Source: Vicugna vicugna
Taxonomy: Eukaryota
Length of the DNA stretch: 64,000 bases
Direction of reading: 5' to 3'
Assembly: GCA_013265495.1 (NCBI GenBank)
Contig: MU058584.1
Location: 5,524,508-5,588,507, forward strand
The position numbers were made by a program, and so were the translations under genes. The notes under the pieces were generated by a model. The model had not been told where the DNA came from. It made no database searches and saw only the letters and a program-made list of their open reading frames with translations. Shown piece by piece: positions 14,241 through 26,484 of this stretch; the stretch's first letter is position 1, and each line of letters begins with the position of its first letter.

Positions 14241-15134
14241 TCCTGCCTTCCTAGAAAGTAAGCCAACTGGGAAATCTTACATAGGGGAAAAATTCAAGGT
14301 AAGATGTGTTATTGTTGGGGTAAACCGAAGATGTCTTCTTAAAGTTTCTAGAGATCAGACTTATCAAAGCTGCATTGAGCATCTACTGCTATTCCTTGTC
14401 CCGGTTCTCACAGACGAAAAAGCAACTGTCCCATGGAAAAGATGTCCAGGAACAGCAGTGAGAAGACACCTAACTAAAAATAAACACGAATCAGTGGAAT
14501 AACATAAGAATAATGTAAGGATGAGGGGAATAACATTAGTTGGGTCCAGCTCTGCCTAACAGCTGCATTAATGCCCCTACCTAAACAAAGGTAAGTCTTA
14601 TTTTCACTAAGTAACATTGAAAGTATCTGTTCAGATAGAACAGCTTTGCTTTTCAGAGCAGTAAACAGGTATATCAACCGATTATACATACTGGGAGGAA
14701 CTAAATATACATATTTCCAAATGCATCACTTTGGACAATCTCAACAGTAACAATCCCTTGTCAAACAGAAGAAATAGTTAGAATATTTTTATCATTTTTG
14801 TGCTAACATCTCTTCTGTCATTTTTGTACAATGTGTTATACTTGTATATTAAGAGATTGTGATTATCAAACATGGGTGCTATAAAAGCAGATGGGGTTAA
14901 TATCTAGTGAATAGTTAATAGTATAACCTGACAACTCCTACTTGCTTAGAGTTCAATCATTATTTATGCATCTGATTTCCCACTGTCTTATATTTTCTCA
15001 TTCTAATAAGATTACTATTCTATTCTTTGTCATTCTGTGGAAGTTTAATTTTAAGCAATGACATGACATACAGATGATTTTTTCTAAAAAAAGAAACTAG
15101 ACGTTACATAACTGAAAATGATCAAAAAATTTAC

Positions 15135-15245
15135 CTTGAAAGTGTCATCATTTTGAGTTTGGTTAGAGTAAATCCAGCTTTGTTTATTATTTCAATTATT
15201 TCTCCAGCTTTTGACACTGCGTCTGGTTTAATCAGGGCTAATGTT
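15135..15245 (-). CDS. NME7: NME7 exon 4 (111 nt, TLALIKPDAVSKAGEIIEIINKAGFTLTKLKMMTLS-R; start of NDPK domain A)
   Basis: Found by manual translation (not in the ORF track). cttctttacag acceptor, AG|gtaaat donor; contains the NDPK TLxxIKPDA motif; phase 2-2. Confidence 0.97.
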
Positions 15246-15864
15246 CTGTAAAGAAGAATAAGTTTAAAAATAAAAATAGTTCAGCAGTTTTTACTTATAA
15301 TTACCAAACAGTGGTAGTTTCCTTAACAAATCATCCTAGATCATCACACATCAAAGTTAATTATAAAAAGTGTATGAATGGTCTCAAAAACTTATACAAA
15401 GGAAGTTCACTATTTTTTCCCCCAAGAAAATAAAAATTAGGTACCCAATCTATAAAAATAATAAAAGCCTAGAGGAAAAAAAGTTAAATTGTTATTTTAA
15501 ATATGCCCACATTAGAAAATACAAGTGTTTAAAATTTCTACTTCTTAGAATATGTTTTATAAAAGAAGGCAATCCTCTAAAAAGTTGCATTAAATATTAT
15601 GAGCTGGAGTTTTGGTCTCAAATTTTAACATGTGTATGCTATGCAGTCAGTTCAGCACCGATGTGGAAATAATTATCAATTCTTCTATATTAACACTTTA
15701 TTCATAGCATGAATGATGTACAAAGTAACAAATGTCTTCTTACCCGACAAAGTGTATGGCTAGTGAACATGATGCTAACTTTTAAAATTATACTTTTCTC
15801 TAAAAGGATACATCAGAGCTATGCACTCTCCCCTCTAAAGCCACAGAAGAAATAGTTTTTGGAG

Positions 15865-16015
15865 ATGGAGATCACCTGAGTGCCCTCATTTTACTAACAA
15901 GGAAATGAGGCTCAGAGAGGTAACGCTGCAAAGGTCACACAGCTGGTCTGTGTCACCTTGAGGACAGAATACCCAGCTCATATGACTCTGGGTCTGTGCT
16001 TCTTCCACACCACAA
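15865..16015 (-). mobile_element. MIR fragment
   Basis: gaaatgaggctcagagaggtaac...aaggtcacacagctggt. Confidence 0.7.
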
Positions 16016-16258
16016 GTGTCACTGTTAACATTAATAAGAGGGAGCATGATTACAAATCCTCAAAACTAATGTTTGCAAATGCAAGATAAAATCAGACTAG
16101 TTGCAGTAATTGAGTTTATACGGCACACAAAATGAAAAAATTCCTGCCACTTTCCATCATTTTCAATAGCTCTGACACACTGACATTAATTCAAAGAACT
16201 CATAAAAGGAGAATGGTTGGCCTTTTCATAATTGATTTTTTTCACCAATGAGACAAAA

Positions 16259-16322
16259 CTTAGCTAAATATATAATGATATAAATATCCTTAGTTAAATA
16301 CATAATGATATAAATATCCTTA
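16259..16322. repeat. 30-bp tandem duplication (2 copies, 2 mismatches)
   Basis: cttagctaaatatataatgatataaatatc / cttagttaaatacataatgatataaatatc. Confidence 0.9.
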
Positions 16323-16879
16323 TTTACAGTTGGTTGTTAACTTATGGCTGGCTTTTAAAACTTTAAAATAACAGGCTGTTCATCTTGGTCTGTTTATTCA
16401 AGCCCTATCAGACTTTTTTCTTTATTTTGAAGCAAGTGAGTCACTTACAGCATTTTATATGGCTTCATCGAAGATACAATTAAAACCTGTCACTTTTTAA
16501 GCTCACATTGTTTGAAATTATAAAGCCAAATCATGACTGTTTATTCTAAACTCTGGAAAAATTTTCATGAGCCATAGTGCTTAAGAAAATATAGAACAGC
16601 AACAGCAAACAAGATGCGACATGAAAAATAGAAAACTGACAGAACTTAGTTTAAAACACAGCTTCATTTTCTCCTTAAATGCCTAAAGGAGACAAAGCGT
16701 TGATAACTGATGAATTACTGTGTTCCTCTGTCATGTCTTCACTGCTTGCTTGTTCAGCAGATAACAGTTAAAATATATTTGAAGGAAAATTAGACAGGAA
16801 TCAGGAATCAAATGCGTTATTTAAAAGCAAACACAGCACACGAAGAAAGTAAAGGGCAACAAAAATATCTTAATAGGAC

Positions 16880-17250
16880 TGCTGTTATCTGTCACTGCAT
16901 TTAACAAACCACCCCAAAATGTAGTGACTTAAAACCCCAAGCAGTTTCTCAAGAGTCTGTAGGTTGGCTGGGCGGTGGTTCCACCTGGGATCGATCACAC
17001 AGCTGCACTTGCTGGTGGGTCAGCGAAAGCAGCTAGGCTTCTCTTTTGTTGAGGCCTCAAGAAACCAAACAGGCAAGGAAATGGATTCTACCCTAAAACC
17101 TCCACAAAGAAGTGCAGCCTTTGCAACACCTTGATCTCAGCCTGCGAGGACTGTGTTGGGCTTCTGATCTATAAGACTGTAAGACAGTAAATTTGTATTG
17201 TCTAAGGAACTGAGTTTGTGGTAATTGGTTATGACTTAAAAGAAAACTAC
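16880..17250. mobile_element. MLT1 (MaLR) LTR fragments in opposite orientations (junction ~17040)
   Basis: taacaaaccaccccaaaatgtagtgacttaaaac (antisense end) and ggcaaggaaatggattct...gtaaatttgtattg...tttgtggtaattggttat (sense). Confidence 0.7.
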
Positions 17251-17684
17251 AGAAAGAAAACTAAAGAGACGACAAACACCTGAACTAACAAAAAAAAGCA
17301 AGAGAAATAGAAAAGCAGGAAAGCAGTAAAATAGTAGAAATACACACAATGGTAATAATACAACATATAAATGTACAGGTACTAATCTTACCAATGAAAA
17401 TCTGGAGGTTTTCATATTGAATTTTTTTTTAAGGGCTACATGCTGTTTTCAAGAGACACACCTAAAATATAACTTAACAAAGCTGAAAGTAAAGAGATGG
17501 CAAAAAGACATTAATCAACCAAAAATACGCTATCAGTCAAACCCATTCTTGGGAAAGATGGCTCAGGCCACCCACATTCCTTGGCTGCGGTTTCCTTCCA
17601 CCTTCAAAGCCCGCAGTGGAGATCGAGTCCTCCTTACCCTGACATCTCTCTAGTTCTCTGCAGGCGGAAAGGTTCTCTGATTTT

Positions 17685-17740
17685 AAGGACTCCTGTGATT
17701 AGATTGCACCAAAAGGACTCCTGTGATTAGATTGCACCAA
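17685..17740. repeat. Perfect 28-bp tandem duplication
   Basis: aaggactcctgtgattagattgcaccaa at 17685-17712 and 17713-17740. Confidence 0.95.
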
Positions 17741-17824
17741 AGGGACTGATCCAGAATAATTTCCCCATCTTAAGGGCTGTAATCTTAATCAAATCTATAA
17801 ATTCTCTTTACCATGCAAGGTAAC

Positions 17825-18198
17825 TGTTGGGCTGCACCCCGCAGGGCCTGCAAGCCTTGTTGTTGCCCAGCCTCCAGACAGAAGAAAGCCCGGAGACGAA
17901 CACAAAAGCGGTTTATTGGACAGAAGAATCTCACACAAACTGTCCTGGAGCGATACCGCGAGCACCGCCGCACGCAGCACCGTGCGCGGCAGACCGTGGG
18001 CAGGACGCCGCAATCCTTGCCGTTCACGGGAGAAGGAGGCTCCCATTTACACGGGAATTGATGTCAGCTGGGCCCATCGGTTAACCAGGGGCTAATTAAG
18101 CCTTAATTAAGAGAACTGGATAATCATGTGAATGAAGCAGGGACTGGTCAAGCAGAGGATAGAGAGAGAGAGCAGCTTTCTTCAATGGCCTGACCACA
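17825..18198 (-). mobile_element. Young CpG-rich solo LTR (374 bp; ERV, possibly ERVK/betaretrovirus-like)
   Basis: Minus strand TGTGG...CCCAACA termini; flanking gtaac repeat (17820-17824, 18201-18205); AATAAA on minus at 17912-17917; about 20 CpGs by hand count. Confidence 0.8.
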
Positions 18199-20159
18199 CC
18201 GTAACATATTCCTAGGTTCCAGAGATTAGGACGTGGACGTCGTTGGGCAGCCATGCGTCTCCCTACTGTACTCCCTATTGGTTTCGAGTTTATATGCTAT
18301 TTGTCTAGTGGTTTGCTGTGAAACTTTCACACTTATTTAACTTAAAATTTTTTAAGTTGTATGGTATCTTAAACCCTTTACAAAGAGTTTAGAACACTTT
18401 AGCTCCAATATTCTTTCTTCCAACTTACATAGCTTCACTGTTGTTTTGGAAATTCAGTTTTTGCCTGATATTAGACATCTTTTTTTTTTTTTGGTACAAG
18501 TGATATTTGCTTGGATTTACCTACAGATTTCTTGGTAGTAAACAGAGGAAGGAATCTTAATTTTTCCCTGGGAGCTTAATAATGAGAAGGCATTTTTCAC
18601 GGCATTATTTGAAATGCAGTTATGCTGTCGTTGGAAATATCATGGTCATCAATAGTAAGCCATCTCAGACATTGAGACCATAGGTAAGTAAAGATGAGAA
18701 AAAGACTAGTGGGATGAAATCTTAGCAAGGCCTTGGGAATTGAACTAAGATCTTACTTAAATGCATTTCAGTGCCTTCTAACTGCCAAAACTCAATGCTG
18801 GCCACTGCTCACCCCCACCTCGGAGGACATGTAAAGTAACAGTAATTGGTATTGAGGAAGTAGTTTCCCAAAGGCAAGAGCAGAATTGAACTAACACCCG
18901 TATTCGTCTGGCCTTCTCCCCTGAGAAGTAGCCTCGATCTACTCAAAAGTGTTAAGACAATTGGCTTAAAGAAATAAAACTCCAAAAGCAATGGAAACAT
19001 GTGTACCCTTGCTCCTCTTGAGTAAACGTGCTTCTACTCCATTCCCTGGAGAGGGCGCCCTCTCTCCACCCCCTTCATCTGCTCTTCAGGCCGCAGTTAA
19101 GGGTGTCTGGTTGCATGTGGTCCTGCGTCTTCTCTCTCAGAACTGCAGGCCCTCCAGCAGGGCGTAGTCTGTAGTTCTTCCCCTGCTTCCACAGCTTACC
19201 TGTTTCCTTGGGTCCTTCATGCCTGACGGGGCCTCAGTGAAGTTGGAGGAAAACAGAAAGGGCAGATACCTTTGGGGAAATTGCTGGTAAACGCCGCAGT
19301 CCCTTACTCTTCTTTTTGATTCCTCCCGCCTCCGGGCGTTTCTTTTCCCTCCCCTCCCCCAACTTCTCTCCCATCCACTGTTCTCCTGTTTGGCATATTA
19401 AGGCCTGTTTCTCAAACTTTTCCCCCAAGGCACCCTTAACAACTGAGTGGACACCAAGTCATCACTGCTGACTTCCATTTATCTTTTTTAAAAAGAGCAT
19501 GGATTTTTTTATTCTACTCCACATTATTTTAATATTTTAAAAAATGCTTCAAACCATTTACCTGAATCTAAATGTAAACCTAGATTACGTTAAGTTGATG
19601 CTTACGGAAGGTGGACCACAGTTGCCTGGGTGGTCTGAGAGCATAGTCTGAAGCCCCCAAAAGCCTCCCTGGACCCCAACCCCGCCAAAAAGGCAGAGGC
19701 CAGCACCTGTAGGGAAGCCAACCTCTCTCTGGCGCTCTGTCTCCTATGATCAATGGGAAAATGTGCTGTCAAGGCTTGATCTGCAGATCTCTCTCTCCCT
19801 CAGGCAGGCCGCAAAATACAGATTGGGAAGGAGTGAGGGCAGGGAGTGGGGTGGAGAAGTAGGAATAGGAACAAAACTTCAACCTTCTAAAGTTGGCTTA
19901 TACCAGGCAGCCTAAATAAAACCAATTTGCATCTGGTACCTGTCAGTGTTTCACTGGTTAATAATTTGGAGGGGAGAATGGAGACTAACTGAACTCAAGA
20001 GATAAGAAGCTTGAATGATGTCTTTACATCTGAACAATAGAACCATGAAGCATCAATTCATTACTGTCTAAAATTAAAATCAAATACTCTAATTGACAAC
20101 TAATAACATTATCCATTTGATTTGAGGAGCTTTGTAAAGAGAATATAAAAATTAATTGA

Positions 20160-20380
20160 GAGTTGATCTTTTGTTAAGTTCTCTTACCACAAAAGAAAAA
20201 TCAATATAAAAAATAAGGGGGCAGGAGGAAACTTTTGGAGGTGATAGACAAGTTTACATCCTTGACTGTGGTTATGGTTTCACAGGTATATACTTATCTC
20301 CAAACTCACCAAGCTGTATGCATTAAATGTCTACAGCTTTTTGTATGCTAATTATACCTCAATACAGTGATTTTTAAAAA
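20160..20380 (+). mobile_element. Old L1 3' end (L1MB/MC-like)
   Basis: ggaaacttttggaggtgatag...ttgactgtggttatggtttcacaggtatatac...aattatacctcaatacag. Confidence 0.8.
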
Positions 20381-22764
20381 GAGAGAACAAATGTGCATCA
20401 AATGTCAGATTTCTACAGTTAACGGGAATTAGAAAGCTGAGTCTAGTTTGTGAGCTTAATTGAATCATACAGAATTATCTCAATAAGTGCCTCAAAATTA
20501 GCAGATGAGCACCATGAGGATCAACTTTACTCCTCCCTCTGACTACAGACTTTACTCCAGAAAGCAAGTAGCTGAGTATGATAAATATAACAGGGAGGTA
20601 ATTAGCTCATAAATTTTCCTTGACAATATGCAAAACTGAGAACTAGGCTAAGTTATAATCATTACATAGAAGCTGTTTCTACAAGACCATGGTAGAACTG
20701 CATGTATTTCTTGATACGCCTACTTTTTTGGTCACTTAAATAAGACAGTATATTCTAAAACTCTTGAATTCTGAAGTTTATTTAAATCACCCAAATGGTT
20801 GCTGGATTTATCCCACTTGCAGTTAGGAAAAGGATCAGAAGAGAAAATGGTGAAACAATTTAAGTCAGTAAAGATATAATGCTGCACATCTTTTAATTAA
20901 TTATATTTATAAAGCCCACATATTTAAAATCTGTCTTCACATTCTCTGTTCCTCTTGTTTTTAAATCAGTCCATTCAATAGTACCTACCAACATATTAAT
21001 TAGAGGTTTAGAAAGAGAATGAGTTTTAGAGTCAAACACAAGATTTACTGGCTTCCCTTCATTTTGTAGCTGTTTGACTATGGCCAAGTTACTGAACTGT
21101 TCTGTAAAACGGACTCAACAACATTCACTGTAGACAAATCAGAGTTGATATATATGTTATAATTGTTATAGCAATTATTATTTTATTCAGATTGGGTCAT
21201 ACGAGTAACCCTGTCTCCCTAATTCATTTATTTTTGCTAATGTAAATGAAAACCGGAAGTAGTCCTGAACTAAGAGGCATATGCAAAGTGCCTACCACAG
21301 TGATTGGCATATAGCATGTGCTCAAAAAAATTAAAGCTATAAGTACTCATCACTTATAAATAAAGTGTAGTTGGTGTTTCCTTAACCCCATAGGCTTTTA
21401 CCAGATCTTATAACAATGAGATTCCTACTTATCTAACATTCTTTTTTTTTTTTTCCTATTTCAAAATTATCCTGGGAACCTTTGGTTTTCCTTTTTTATG
21501 AGTCATTCACTACCCCGCTGATCCATCAGCACCTGTGTACCAATACCCACACTGAGCATCAAACCACCTCAAGAATTATAAAGAGCTTGTAAAGTAGTCA
21601 CTACAGCGAAGGGACTTAGATGTTAGGTAATCAGCTGGTTATTTGGGTGGCAAACCTCAAAAAATAGTTTGATAGATTTTTTTTTCCTAAAGAATTACAT
21701 AGTTTTTGGAGCTTTTTTTAATATATAGCCTTACCTTCCACCAGTGATCCCTATTTTTCATTACTGTAACACTCACTCCATAAATGCAAAGCATCCCCCA
21801 AGTCAGCACAGTACAATATAACATAAGCCACAGAAACCAGAGCCAAGAAAGATGACCAATTAAAATTGCATTTCAAATATAGTTCATGTTAGACTCAGAA
21901 AGCTGCACCCTGATAAATGTAGAGATTGAAAATGAAAATTTCATTTTAATAATAATGAAAATTGACATTCAGAAGAAAAAAATTATTACAAGTCCTTTTT
22001 TTTTCTGGATAGCCTGATTTTCAGCTACATCTCCAACTTGTTTTGTCCGTCTTCTAAATCAAAACCAAGGAAAAGTCAGAATGACAAGTGTAGCTTTGAC
22101 AAACAATGAAGAGAGGAGGCCAGAGAGACACACAAAGGCACCAGGCTACAGTTTCTCCACTTCCCAGGAAGAACCACATGCGATGAGAGGGAGGGAGGAA
22201 GGCAGGGAGGCAGCGGGCCAGAAGCGCCTCCCCCAGACACAACAACTATTTTCAAGGATGTAAGCTCATTCATTCAACAAATTTTTGTAGGGCATTCCCT
22301 CTGAATAATTCACTGTTTGAGGCATCACTACAATGGTCTTTAAGGATGTAGTTTTGACTCCAAAACAGATTCAGTTTCTCTGTATCACAATTTTTTAATA
22401 TATTTTTTCTTTTTGCAACACTCATATATTCTGTCTTCAATTGATATTTACCAGACATATATTATGTCTGTGAATAAAACTAAAAAATAGACAATATGTA
22501 TTACAATCTAGACAAAAATATCTTCATCAACTAGCTCAAAGATCATCATTTAAAAACAGGGAGGAAATGAAAAAAGAAAGTGTAGATATTAAATTTTAAA
22601 TTGTTATTCATTGGTTCATTCAGCTCACACAGATAAGGTGCTTGCAATGTGTGAGGAGAAGTGCTAGACGCCACAGGAGACGTAAAAATGAACTGAGACG
22701 GAAAGAGGGCAACTATTTTGCAGGTCCTATCCATTCTCCTGTGGTTAAATCCTCCCATTCTTGA

Positions 22765-22985
22765 TGCAGACAAACGCTGGGCTTTAATCTTGCCTCTCCT
22801 CTGTGATCTTTAGCAAGTTACCTAACATCTCTAAGCCTCAACTTCTCCATCTGCAAAGTGGAGCTAATAATAATATTATTAGCTTCTGTATTAGATTGTT
22901 GGGGCTTAAATGATGCAGACAAATCATTTTAACACAAGGCCTGATATAAAAATAGCTAACAGTTATTAAGGCATATCATTACTAC
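22765..22985 (+). mobile_element. MIR SINE
   Basis: gtgatctttagcaagttacctaacatctctaagcctcaacttctccatctgcaaagtgg. Confidence 0.8.
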
Positions 22986-23660
22986 TCTTGCTCTACTTAT
23001 GTTAATCTTATACTTCCTTCCTCTTCACACCTATTGTCAACATCCTAAATCAGGCTATTTTGCTACTTAAATTAAAAAAAAAAAATTTAACCACCAAGCC
23101 AGTCATGTAGAACAACAGGCTTTTCCCAGTACCTAACCTTAAACTGTACCTTTATTCTTACGCATTCCTCTGACCAGCATTTCTCCAACTTGAGCCAACT
23201 AGGTAAAAACTCAGTCGATCTTTCATGAGTCTGCCAAACACCTTCACAAAGCCTTCCCTACTCTTCTACAAGAAATAGTTTTATTTCATTCCGAGTTTCC
23301 ATTGAGCTTATGGCACTCACTACTTTTCCCCCCATAGGCCACGTGTATCCTACACACCAAGACTTACTTGTATTTTCAGTTCCCAAAAAGAAGAATGATG
23401 AGGGTGTCTAAAGCGTTTGCATTTTTCCCTCCCGAAAACAATCACTGCCTAGGACTATGGGCATCACTTTGTTACCTGAGTGAAAAGCAAATCACAGTCT
23501 GCTCCACAAAATTCTAAAAATGTCGTGACACTGAATTGGATCACTGAAAAATATCTACACTGTAAAAACACAAGGTAGCAACAAGAAATCAGATTTTGGT
23601 ACCAAGACAAAATATTTTAAGAATGAAAAAAAAAAAAGGATTGTATAATTGTTTTCTTAC

Positions 23661-23827
23661 TTTTCTTTCCTACTGCCCAACTGGCGAGCTGTATACTGAT
23701 CCCCATAGTCAATTAGCACCAGTTGACGAGAAAAGACATTCACTTTGTTGCCTATAAATAAATCTTCCAAGTGAAGGTCTTCATATTTGGTTCGCTTTAA
23801 AAAGGTGCGATGATTCTTTACATCATG
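23661..23827 (-). CDS. NME7: NME7 exon 3 (167 nt, HDVKNHRTFLKRTKYEDLHLEDLFIGNKVNVFSRQLVLIDYGDQYTARQLGSRKE-K; DM10 domain)
   Basis: ttccag acceptor, AA|gtaaga donor; DM10-type peptide; phase 0-2. Confidence 0.97.
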
Positions 23828-24566
23828 CTGGAACCAAAAACAACAATAAAACAAATCATTATCAATAGGGAGGGTTAATTTATTATAAACTAGAAATAGT
23901 TCTTAATTCTGCTTTATTAAACATAGGTTACATTCTGGGTTTTTTTTGCTACAAATACAAATCATAATTTCTTTTATAATTTCAGTCTTTCCTAGTCTAA
24001 TCCAGTAATAACATAAAATTTATAAATTTAATACTTTTGAAAACTCTGAATAGAAGCATCTGTTTATTGCCAAATCATTTCAGCAAATCAGTGCCTATGA
24101 AATCCTGGAGAAATTCCAAATTTCTGCTTCCTTGCCGACACAAAATCCCAGCACCAAATAGATCCACCTACAAAAGGGGTTGCCAATGAAGGGACACAAA
24201 GAAATAAGTGGAACTCTTTTAACTCAATCTTCCCCAATTTGACTTTTTGTAGAGATAAAGTATTCAACAATGGTGACATATTTAGGGACATGATAATCTT
24301 TGTTACAACCACTTATTGACTGTTGCTTAATCCAAAACATGAATAATCCCCCTTCAGTTTTCTAACAACAACAAAAAAATCTCTACTAGAAATAAAGGCA
24401 CAAAGTTATCACCTTGTATCAGAATTATAATACTCAAATAAAAAGAATCCCCAAAATAAAAAGAATGCATTTTTAAAAGCAACTATTAAAAAAGGCAATC
24501 CTATTCCTCTCCCTATCCTACCTTCACTCCATTTGCCAACCTTGAAGCAAAGAAAGGTTCACTTAC

Positions 24567-24674
24567 CATTTCAACAGATCCATCCTCTGGGTAAAATAAA
24601 AGCTCATAACGTCGAAATAGTGAAGCATTTGGATCATACCACTCTGCAATGAAAACGAATCTTTCACTATGAGT
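24567..24674 (-). CDS. NME7: NME7 exon 2 (108 nt, THSERFVFIAEWYDPNASLFRRYELLFYPEDGSVEM; DM10 domain)
   Basis: ctttctttgcag acceptor, ATG|gtaagt donor; peptide recognisable as the NME7 N-terminus; phase 0-0. Confidence 0.97.
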
Positions 24675-25199
24675 CTGCAAAGAAAGAAAGAAGTATTTTA
24701 AACTAACATGTAAAATATAATCATGCCTGTAGAAATCATACAAATTGAAATAATTACCAAAAATTTGCAACAAACAGATCTATTACTTATTCTATTGAAG
24801 AATTCTGCAATATATTGAAGAATTGATAATAAATCAATTATCAATATACCCTCAGAAATATTTCCTAATTTCTTATTAAATATCCTTAGATATCTCAAAG
24901 ATGATTTATGGATTGCTTAATACTTCACAGCCATCCACTCATCCTGAGTAAATTGATAATTTTTAGAATATGAGCTCCTGATCTGAAGAATTCAGTCCTT
25001 CTGAAGGTAAGTTTCCATAAAGGTAAAAAGACGATTGATAAACTAGTATGAGAAAAAATTTCTGAGGCTAGCTCTCAGTTACATGAAGTTTTAACTGTTC
25101 TAAATTTAAGAAACAACAGGTCATTCATATTATAGTAAGCACCTTCTCTCTGCTTAGTAATTTCATGACAGTTGTCTTTTTGTAGAAATAGTAGGAGAA

Positions 25200-25655
25200 T
25201 GTGTTAGTCTAGGTCCTCCGAGAAGCAGACAAGAATGCTAAGGCAAGATTACACATGTAAGAATTTTATTCTTGTAAGAGAAATTCTGTACAGGAAATTC
25301 CTACAAGAGGAAGTTGGGAGGAAGGGATCCAGGGAAGGCTGACAGACGACAACACAAATCTGACCCTGAAGGAAGGAGAGAGAGAAGGCAGGCGGGGGGA
25401 ATCCTCCTGGATTGCTGTACAGTCTAAGGAAGGTTCAGCAAGACCACTGGGGAGTGCTCGAGCCAGCTGGCCCCCACAGAGTTTCTTGCCTTCCAGGGAT
25501 GGTCCTGCTTTAGTGTCCCTGCTCCTCTCAGTCACCGGCTGTGAGCAGCCCTAGGGAAGCCTGTCCCACGTACAAAAGAGGCAGATTCCAGAGCACAGGA
25601 ACTGAGGCCCTTTGGTCATCTAACATCTCTTTAATTGAAGATCTGTGAGGTGTGA
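25200..25655 (-). mobile_element. ERVL-class LTR (LTR16-like)
   Basis: tgtgttagtctaggtcctccgagaagcagac...ttttatt end motif; GC-richer block of LTR size. Confidence 0.65.
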
Positions 25656-26484
25656 ATGAAAATGTAAGTCAAAGACTGGCCCTCTTTCCTTGACTATTAA
25701 GCAGTATTTCCCATCATATATGTTATTAAAAATATCTTAGTCCCCAAAGGCCCATCATTACAATAAGCCAATGAGGATGTAAGGAAGAAAGGAATCTAAT
25801 GGTTTTGCTGCTAATTCTGGATTTAGCATCTGATTCTCTGGTTAGGGTAAACGGATGGGTTCCTTTTATGTTAATAACTCACTTATAAATTCTAATAGTA
25901 GCATGTCTAGCTATATTTATGATTATAGTCATAAACTATAATGTAGATAAGCTTTTAAGACACTATTTTATTCTTCCTAAAATCATCCAAAAAGACACAC
26001 TTAAACAATGCTTATTAGTTAAGAGGAAATAAAGGTAAAATAAGAGACTCACTATGACAAGCCTTTCTTCATTCATTATTTTTCATATTGATTCTTATAA
26101 ATACAGGGTTTTTTTTTAATTTAGGTTTCACTGTGCATTGTAGTATTGTACTCTCCTTTTAATACAAAAGTATTAGTAATTGATTAAAATTTTTACTATC
26201 TATATTAAAATATTCATTCACTAAAAAAATCATTGAAATATTGCCTTCACTAAAATAAATAAAACTATGAAAGGGAAGAAATGATGAGACATCTAACTGA
26301 AGGCAAAAGGGCAAAGATAAGGACGCAAATGAAACACCACTGAAATTTAACACTCCAATTTATCCAGGCAGCCTAACCACAAAACCTGCCAATCATGCTC
26401 TTTAATTCTGAAGCAGGTAGTAGAATTTTTCATGATTCATCATCCAGAAAACAGCTTTAATACAAAGAAAACAAAGTGAGTAAT

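Larger units (their letters stand above)
17540..18270 (-). mobile_element. MLT1 (MaLR) LTR split by a younger LTR insertion
   Basis: ...ccatgcaaggtaac | atattcctaggttccagagattaggacgtggac rejoins to a continuous MLT1 motif when 17825-18205 is removed. Confidence 0.8.

Noticed and set aside
17785..18084. Four overlapping Arg/Cys-rich ORFs, superficially protamine-like
   Set aside because: All fall in the GC/CpG-rich solo LTR, where stop codons are rare; no splice or homology support.
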